DNA from: Lingula anatina
Lineage: Eukaryota > Animalia > Brachiopoda
Length of the DNA stretch: 64,000 bases
Reading direction: 5' to 3'
Assembly: GCA_051362555.1 (NCBI GenBank)
Contig: CM120640.1
Span: forward strand, 45,238,788-45,302,787
The notes beneath the pieces were generated by a model that made no database searches, was not told the origin of the DNA, and worked only from the letters and a program-made list of their open reading frames with translations. Shown piece after piece: positions 26,889 through 36,598 of this stretch (positions are counted from its first letter, which is position 1; each line of letters starts with the position of its first letter). A program made the translations under genes and the position numbers.

Positions 26889-29800
26889 TTAAACTTCACT
26901 GGCATCCATATCTACAGCGTCAGGTTGTGTCCATCCTAAAAATTCAAGGTCCAGTTCTCTTGATGTGGTGGAATCAGAGTCGGATATCTCTCCTGAAGCA
27001 TCTGAGGAAACCTCCATCTCATCTGGATCAACTTTTAAAAGCAATTTAGCTCTTGGCTTTGGAACATTTGTCTCTGCTTCTGAAGGTGATCCATCTACAT
27101 CCTCTTGATGTGGTCCTAAGAGTGTGTCTCCTTGACCTGACAGCCCAACTTCTGGTGAATGGAACACATCAGATGAAGATGGATCAATCTCTGCACTATG
27201 CCATTCCATGGAATCTGATATAGAAGAGTCGGGGGTACTAGCTTCACTACTAGAAGACGGTGACCTCTTGTGAAGTGGAGGGGAAGAATGGACTGGCGAT
27301 ATGGTTTCACTGATTTGGGACGGTGTCCTATGACTGAGAGACAGAGGTTCATCTCTTGGAGGTGGGGTGTGTTCATCTGCTGTTGGTGGTAATGTTTTCT
27401 TTGATGATGAATGTTGATCTGTGGAGGATGCTGACTGCCCCTCTCTTGGTTTTGAAACTGAATCTCCTACTGATAATTGCTCATCAACTGGGGATGGTGT
27501 TCCATGTACAGGTGACAATGGCTCACCTGCCAAGGGTGACACTGACACTTCTGGTGACATTTGTTCATCTGTTGGGGATGGGGTCCTGGGTTTTGGTGAC
27601 AACTGTCCGTCCACTTTAGGTGATGTCATATCAAATGGTGACACATTTCTCTCTGATAGCGGTGACTCTAACCCAACTGATGGTAAATGGTCATTTGTTG
27701 GTAGTAAATCCGAGGCCAATGACTTGAAATTTTCACCTTCTGGTGTCGATGATAGATTCACCTTTGACATCTCTTTTTCTTCAGGCTGCAATTTTCTTTC
27801 TGAAGAATCATTTAGGTCCATTTCTTCTTTTTTTGTCTTGGGTAAATATTCCTCTGATCCAGATTCTGATGAGTGGCAAGATTCCAAATGATCAGACTCC
27901 GCTGTACTGACCTTAAAAGGAGATGGAGGTGGTGAAGAACCAAAAAGTAGTGAATCATGTGATTGGTCTACAAATTCCCCCTCTACCTCTGACTCCATAT
28001 TCAAAGAGGGAATAAACGACACATCTTCTATTGCCACTTCTTCATCCTCTTGCATCAAATTCTCAGCCTGTTTGCCATTATCGATCTTTTTATGCTCTAC
28101 ATTTTCCGCTTCTTCATTTTCCAACCAGTGGGAATAAGGATCACAACTGTCAGCCCCTGATTTCTTTGAAGGTGGTTTATGTCTTCCTTGTATCAAAGAA
28201 CCTGACCTACTTGGGACTTCCCCAGATTTGCTGGACTCTGTGTCACTTGAAGAATTTGACATCTTCCTTGCATTCTCTGACAAATTCTCGGAGCCAACTG
28301 AGGGAGTTTTTCTTCTTTCTCCTTCCAGAAGAGATTCAGACCTATTTGGCACATTTTCTGACTCGTTGATCTCAGTGGTATGCCTTAAAGTCTTATCAGG
28401 ACTAAATGCAACCTCTTGTGATACAATTGAAGGCATTTTTCTCCTTCCATCTTCCATTAGAGAAGCTGATCTCTTAGGCAAATCTCCATATTTTAAAGAT
28501 TGCGCCTCTCTTGCAGAACTGGACCTCCCACCAGGTCTGGTAGTATTGACCTCTGACCCAATTGAAGAGGCCTTTCTTTTTCCGTCCGTTAAAAGAGAAC
28601 TGGATCTACTGTGCAAACCTTCAGATTCAATAAATTCTGTCTCTCTCAAAGAAGTTGACCTCCTTCCTGGACTGTGAGGATGACCCTCGGACCCAGCAGA
28701 CGATGAATCCCATGGCGGACTATGGCATACATTTTCATAGTCACGATCCAAGTCCTGTGGTGTAATTTTCAATTTAGCAGACTTTCTTCTGGCACTGGAC
28801 ACATCTGAGTGTACCGAAGAGCGATGTGACCTTTTAGAGTGAACTGGTGATATTTCTTCAGAAAATGGTGTCACTTCAGTGAAAGTCACCTCTGGAACAG
28901 AAGGTACTTCAACATCATCCTCAGCCAACTCTTCAAAAGCAGGGTTAATGATTCCCTTACCTGGGCCCTCATTGGACGATCCGCCCTCATCTGAAGGGCG
29001 TCTGGCACTTGGATCTGAACACAGCGACACATGGCCCTCTTGTACTAGAGTTAACCCTGGTGTTGATTTTCTCACATAGGCAGGATTGGTGAACTTGGCA
29101 AATTCCCGACCAAAGCTCATCCTCACAGGGTATTTTTTTCTGTACCAAACAAGGAATCCAACAACACCCACTGCAGTGATGATAAGCAGTGGAACTATCA
29201 CACCAGCTGCGATGGCCCCCTTGTTATCTCCAGGGGCAGATGCAACAGCTTGAACATGTCCATTTTTGGGTGTGGTGGCTGTTGTTGGTACTGGTTTGGT
29301 TGGATAGAAGACAATTGTCTTTGTAACTCTCTGATCAGGTGGGAGAATTTCCAAAGTTGTTCTTTCTATGGGGTTAATCTGCAAATGAATAAGGTAATAC
29401 ATTTTTACAAAGTGACAAAAACCAAAGTAAAATGTTCATAACCACCATTCTTAAAATGGTATCTGCTTTAATATCATCTAACACTGACATCAGGTTATTC
29501 TGTCTGAAATCCAAAATTTAGTTTAAGACTGCTAAATAAAGGTAGCTGATACATTTTTTCAATCAATACTGACAATGTACATTTTTTTTTAAGTATTGAC
29601 TATAGGTCTGAAGAGAGTAATGTATTTGTTTTTAAATTAGTTTCATTAATTACCCAAGCTGGTGAAGTTCTTCTCTCTGTAACAACTTTGGTAGTTTCTT
29701 TTGGTTGGAAATCAGAGGTCACCATCTCAGTCCATTTTTCTTCTGTCTTCACTGGCACAAAGGGGGTGGTTTCCATGGGAGGTCTGAATGAACCATACTC

Positions 29801-32494
29801 AATATAAAACCCTCTGGTATCTTTAGTCTCTAATGGCATGCTGTATGAAATGATAACAATGTTTGTTGCACTGGTGATGTTTTCCACTGTCTCTGTTTTT
29901 CCATCAAGTCTAGCAAGTCTAGATTCTAATTTTGTTTGCCCATCATAGATGTCTACAAAAACAACTCCTTCCTCAGCATTGGGCAACTGAAAGTACCTAA
30001 AGTAAAGCATGATGAGCTCATTTTCCTTCGCTTCTATTTTCCATGTACAGGACTGATGTCCAAGAGTTTGGTTGTCAGGGTAACCCGGACTTGCCACTGC
30101 ACCTTCACCTCCATGTCGTAACATGGGATCTTGCTGGCGATCCTGTGGACGGCAAATCCTGCACTCAGGGGTGTGGGGCTGCCACTGGGGCACCCCGTGG
30201 TGGACATCCTGACAGGTGAGAAGAGAAGCACCAATAAGATCAAAGGGTGGTGAGCAATGGTACATTACCTGGGAGCCAACGGAATAGTTCAATCCAATGA
30301 CTACGCCATTTTCAATCTCAGGAGGGGGAGAACAAACGCTACTGTCAAAAGCAACAAATTTGATTTTGAACTGGGATGTGGGAGTGATGGTCTCAGATGC
30401 AGATCTGAAAGACACTTGAAAGGCATTAGTGTGTGTGTATAGTTGCAGTGTGCTGCAATCTTCTGTACACATTGTCTGTATAGAGGTGGTCTGTTGACTT
30501 TCAGTTATACTCAAATCATCCATGTTTGATATATGGATTTGAGGAATGGTAATACTAAACCGCTTTTTTTCCCCTGGGACAGTAATGAGCCACATACATA
30601 GGCGACCACTTGTATTAAAAGGCATGGGATAGTTTGGAGATACAATAGTTCCCTCCCCCATATTGTACTGTCCTCCACATTTACCAGTACAACTTGGAGA
30701 GCCCTGCCAATCATTGAAAAGTCCCATGTTTATGCAGGTTATACTCTGGGGGCCATGTCTCTGAAAGAAAGCATCACACACAAACTGAACAGTTGAGCCT
30801 ACTTCATAACGCGACTCATCAGCTAGAAGTTGGCCATTTTGAATCGTCTTTGGTTTACCACATGTGTTGGTTGGAACGGCCTGATAGCTAAGAATAAAAT
30901 GACCATCTACCGGGTTTGTTTCTTTATTATCGATCTTCACTGTTACTGTGTTAGTTCTAGATGAAATGGTTCCAAGAGGACTAGTAACACTAATTAAGGC
31001 AAGTTCTTCAGCACCATCAAACAGTTTCACTTTCACTTCAGAGTCATTTCCAAATGTCATGTTCCTCAGAGTCACTTTCACAATTTGACTGGGGTGAACA
31101 TCTATAGTGATCTGACAAGGCCCTGGCAAGAGAGGCCCTGGGTAACCTGGGCTATATATAATTCCACTTGAACGTCTAAGTAGAATGTCCCTGTACGTTT
31201 CATTATTTGTGTCCCATATTTTACAATATGTCTTGCATTGGGGTAGGGCCTGACTCCCATAAAGCCATCCTTGTGAAGTGCAGATATTATTGATATGCAT
31301 ACTGTTTGGCCGTTGGAGGTAAAAACCATCCTTGCACCTGTATTCAATTTGATGTCCCACAAAGTAAGTCATGTTGTCTGGGATATAAAACATGTTTGAC
31401 GGAGTTGGTGGACTTCCACAAGCAAAAGGATGGACAAGATTGTACCTCAGCTCAAAGGAATCATACAAATTATTGGACGTGAGCTGAATCAGCACCTGAT
31501 TGGTTTGGTTGATAAGAAGGTTAGTAAAATGAGATGAAAAGTTTGCCAAAATACCCTCTGAGACTGAGGGCGATTGCATCTGTTCATTTTTCACAGTAAG
31601 GAAGGAGCCATTTTCATTTTCAACATGTAAGTTAAACTGAGATGCTGTAATGTTAATTGCATAGCCAATTGGAGCATGTATTGCCCATGTACACTGAACT
31701 GGAAACTTGATGCGACTGTCACTATTATTCCCTGATGTCTGATATTGTTGGAAGTTGGGTGATAATATCACTGGTTTTTCATTTGGCACAAGAAAATATC
31801 TGACTAGATTTGATTGTCCTTCAACAGTGTCTGTTATTTTACCATTCACACAGGGAATGTAACATTGTGGAATGTCTCTAGTCCAATAAGGTAAACCACT
31901 GTCATTGAGTTGACATGATATGTTTGTAGGTCCACTGACTGTGAAACCTGGATCACAGCTGAATTCAACCAGTGACCCAACTCGGAAACTATCCCCTTTT
32001 CTGGACCCATTTCTCAAAAGCTCTGGTTGGGGGCAGTATTGTGTACTAACACTGTGGAATGTTATATTAAAACGACTATTTTCTTGTAGCTGCTGGTTAT
32101 CTGCTTGGAAATGAATCCATAGTTTGCTGCTGTTCGTGTCTATCACTGTATTATCTTGCACTGTTCCACTGAATTCCCATTCTGCTGTAACATTTCTATT
32201 TAATTGTGGATCCACTTTGTATACTCTTAATACATCTCCCCCATCAAGGTCTTGTTTAGAGTCAGTGTTTAATACAACGAGCCTAAGATTAATGCTTTTC
32301 CCTCGCTCCACTGTAATTGTCCACTGGCATGTCACACCAAGTGGATAGGTATTTGGAAATCCAGGAGAGATCAGTTGTCCACTATCACCATTCAGATCTT
32401 GACCACATTGATCTGAACTTCTGATAAAGGTCCCACAAGAGAGAAATAATATGGCACAGAGGTTAAGTGCAGAAGACATGCAAATCCTTAGCAT
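26889..32494 (-). CDS. CUB and Sushi domain type-I membrane protein (CSMD/SEZ6-like), about 1,776 aa, two coding exons
   Basis: Exon 32494-29654 encodes a signal peptide, 5 CUB domains (e.g. GQLISPGFPNTYP..CQWTI) alternating with 4 Sushi domains (e.g. CPQP..NG..VEFSCDPGF..ISC..W...PQC) and a Thr-rich stalk. The phase-0 intron is TGG|GTAATT...ttgcAG|ATT. Exon 29378-26889 encodes the TM helix (AIAAGVIVPLLIITAVGVVGFLVWYRKK), FTNPAY and a long S/P/E-rich tail ending DASEV*. A probable 5'UTR intron spans 33737-32854. Confidence 0.9.
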
Positions 32495-33789
32495 ATTGAG
32501 ATTTTATGTGACTTTACTCTTTCTTCATTTTCTTCATGTATGTTCATCAGTAGTGCTTTCTGTGTATGTATAAACTTCAAGTTTACTGTCATACTTGTAA
32601 AACTTCAATTAGCACCTTCTGATGTGTATCACCACTGCTAGTCTTGGTGTCCATTCAATAGTAGTGACTCATACACTGCCTAGCATAAGGGCAAGGCCCA
32701 TAGCCTGGGGATCAAACATATAGTTCACATTTTACTGATGGTGTTCAGCAGCATAATTTATGTCAATTGCATCCAGTTACTGCTTAGCCAGTAGCAGGGT
32801 CAATAAGTTAGACACCTTGCCTTTCCTTCAGGCATGGCTTTTAGAACTGTGGCCTGAAATAAAAAAATAACAAATTGTAAAATTTTCAAGTAAATGTAAA
32901 TGTAAGTTTTCCTATGCACATATCTTTTATTTGAGATTTTGTCTTCATATCCCTTTAAAATATATTACAATAATATGTGGACTTTATCCATCTGACAAAT
33001 TTGATGTAGAAGGTTGCATCACGATGAAAAGTATGCAATATTTAAAAGTAGGATTTGTTTCTAAAATAGACAAAGAAACCCCAGCAATTCGATTTCTGAA
33101 AAACTGGATCTTTTTACGCACTTCTTTTGCACTTAAAAAATGAAATAGAACCTAGATTTAATTTTGATTCAGAGCATAACTTTTCCTTATCAAAAGCATG
33201 GTTCTTCCTAGCTACCCCCCCCCCCTTTGCCTTCCTGCAAAGTTGAATGACCTACCAGAACTAAAACATGCATGCATATTGTATAGAACCACACATAACA
33301 TGCACTACATAATGTAAGCGCTGTTATTTATATATATGCACATAAAAAGGTAAGAGAAAGTACTAGCATGTGATAATCTGTGGTATGGTCCTCCTTTCAG
33401 TGCTGGTATCAAAATTTTGATATTATTACTCCTTATAACTGTACTAGTACCAGGTACGTGCAAATGTTAGAACTACAGTACAGCCATGACAACATGCAGT
33501 TACAGTCGCTGGTTACTGAGGGATTTTTTTAAACCCAACACTTTTGCGCGTAGCTACATCGTATGGGTACATACTATTTACTAATGTACAAATACAATGC
33601 AGCTGGCATGCACATTCCAACACAATGTCTGCAGGTCAACTTCACCCACAAGGAAATTTCGAATGTAATAGGCTCGGATTTTTTTTGTTTAAATAAAAAA
33701 TTTAAAAAGAGCTCAAATAATAAAAACTGTAATGTACCTGGTTATTTACTCCCGCTGTTTGTTGCCACAAAAAGCACCAACTAATGTCA

Positions 33790-34110
33790 GTGCAAAGCAC
33801 GGACCCGCACCGCCCCTCAATCACTTCTGTCAACAGGTGGTACTAATTCAAGATAAGCTAAGACTTCAAGGTTAAAATTTTGAAAATAAAAGTTGTACTA
33901 GCGAAAGACATAGAAATTATTAGCTATTATTTTAAATGGTCTATCTGTCTTTGGTTCTTGGGAATGATTGTCAAACATTAAGACATTGGGCGATATCTTT
34001 TGTTTATTAGGGTTGTCTTGGTTGACTTCCCTCTATCCATCTCACTTTGAGGCGGAATATTTTGAATGTCCAAGTCAGTGCTACCTTCGACGGAAACAGT
34101 ACATCGATTT
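33790..34110. promoter_or_regulatory. Divergent promoter between the CUB-Sushi gene and SKA3, with CCAAT and CDE/CHR-like elements
   Basis: Non-coding first-exon donors point outward at 33737 (-) and 34111 (+). ATTGG at 33985-33989; GGCGG-AATAT-TTTGAA at 34051-34066. Confidence 0.55.
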
Positions 34111-34449
34111 GTGAGTATGGAATAAATAATATGTACAAAAACCCCAAATTTATATTAATGCTCTGTAGATTTCATTTAATCCAGATAGGAATTGTTTTGT
34201 ATTACTATACGGTTTCTACAATGGGGAACTGGAGAGTTAGTTATTTCGATAATTTCTATTTATATTATTATTATATCTTGAAAAAAAAAATGCAAAAAGT
34301 GATTTCTATCTAAATCCTATCTTGGCATTTATTCGATGATTAAAGCCTGTTTTCACTGACTGATTATTAACGTATATTCAGACGTTCCTAGATCATGCCC
34401 TTCTCACATTTGATAACAATGTTAATTGTTTTTTTTTTCAGTTTCAAAA

Positions 34450-36152
34450 ATGGATAAGAAACATGATTTTTTCACACAGCTAAGAAGGCTTGCTGCCACA
34501 ACTGAGAAAGAGAGAGATGTTCTTCAGGCAATGATAAAGAAGCCCAAAGGAGAGAGATGTGATGATGAAACTTCTGCAGTATTTGTTCTTAAAGAAATGC
34601 AGAGAAACGTTAGAGATATAAAGGTATATTAATTTCTCAGCTTTGACTGACACTTGCCCATTTAATTTTAACCTAACATTTGATGCTTTCTAATTGGGTA
34701 TTAACTAAAAAAGTGCTTAACTTTTTAAACTGGATTTATTCTTGATTTGCTTCAACATTTAGATAAAGATACAGATTGATGCATACAATGTGGCAAAGAT
34801 ACAACTTCCCGAAAGCATTGTCGTTCATAAATTGTATATATTTAAAGACCCAAACGCAGTCCACCTATAACAGCCTAAGAGCCAGTAGTTTGAGACATCT
34901 TCTCCATGCTTGTCAAGAAGTGATACAGCAACAGCAGCAGAGACTGGGAGAGGTGGAGGCTTATCTGCAGCAGTATGGTTATAATCCTTGTTTGGCACAA
35001 CAGGGTGAGACTTGAAGGGGGGTAACAAGATAGATTTCCCAATACCAATGGATTAATTTTCTGGATTTTTCCCCAAATTTTAATCTATTGGAAAGCTATA
35101 GATGTTTGCATGGCCATTTCGTAGACGTGGTACTTTTCTACCAATTTCTGCAGTTTTTGAATAGATAAAGGTTGCATCTGAGAAATGTCTAGTTTTAGGA
35201 CCTTGGCTTATTTTCAGTCAATTTCCTGATTAGATTTTTTTTAAATCAGTTACATTTTGGATGAAATAGAGACTCTGGGAATGAGTAAAATATGTACAGC
35301 TTACACAAAAAGAAAATAAAAACCTTAGAAGATCACTGGCAGTTCTTATATTGTGACATCTCACATACATGTTTTTGTTTTGTTTTCAGTCTCAGGTGTG
35401 AATAGTGGAGAAAAAGAGCATTCAGTGATGGCAGAACAACCAGTGATGACAGAACAAAAAATACCTACTTCTAATGGGGAGAACAATGTATCAGATCATT
35501 CTCAAAGTGAAGACACTGAGTATCCTTTAGTAATGAGTAATAGTTATGATGATAAATAATAGTAAATGTATTTTAGTTTATGTGGGCATTCAACAAAGTT
35601 AGTTTGATGTGTCATGGGAGTGATTTGTTTAATCTTAATTCTTATCAGATATGAGAAAATTTGATGCAGTTTTTAAAGACATAATAGTATTCAAATCAAA
35701 TTAAATATTCTTAGTCACTTCATAAATATTAGAAATACAATTGGAAATGTAAACTTTTTTGACACTTGTTAAAGAAAGGCAAACATTACTTCACAACATA
35801 CCATTGTACAGTGAAGCTAGGCAGTAAAGTTAAGCAGTCCAACATTTTCTTTAACATTGATATTCAACCCTCTACACCTCCTGAGTCTCACAGACCCAAG
35901 CCTCCTAGTTGTGGTGATAAAACTCCCAGTTTGGCAGACTTTGGCCTCAGTGAAGTAACCCTCAATGTTCTGGCTAACATAGGAGATGATGCAGCAAGGG
36001 TTGGGCAAAAATTAGGGAATGATATGGTTTTCAAGGTACCAGAGAAGATAAACTATACAAGGTGAAGACAGATGGGTACAGTGTATATATAAGTTAAATA
36101 TTTTTTGTTGGTATAAAGATAACATCAACAGCACATCCAAGTTGTCTAGCTG

Positions 36153-36197
<45 letters not shown>

Positions 36198-36567
36198 TCT
36201 ATTTGAGAGGGAAACAGCTTTTGCAATATTTATAACACTTGTGATTTACATCATGTTTTAAAACTAAAAATTCTCTTTGAAGGTATAGTCTGAAAATAAG
36301 TACAATCTTTGATCTTCACTTATTGTAATTATCAATTTTTGATGGTCATTATTACAGGAATCCGAAGCAAGAGCTGTTTCCAGAGACCCCAGACCACAAA
36401 TCAAGGCATCCTGAACAGTTTGTACCCACCCCATTTGACACCCATGGCATCACTGTGACCCCGGGCATACTGCCACATTGTAACATGAATGCCATGACTC
36501 CTGAGACTCCCCTTAATAAGAAGGGTAAGCAAGTAGTAGTCAGTTACTTTGAGCCTTTTGTGTGTGT

Positions 36568-36598
<31 letters not shown>

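Noticed and set aside
27356-29079. Several 66-156-aa plus-strand ORFs (e.g. 27421-27891, 28228-28677)
   Set aside because: Antisense shadows of the Ser/Pro-rich receptor exon, with no recognisable domain.
29600-29653. Secreted isoform of the CUB-Sushi protein by read-through of the 29654 donor to the stop at 29600
   Set aside because: Formally possible, but an 18-codon open stretch into an intron is expected by chance and there is no evidence for intronic polyadenylation.
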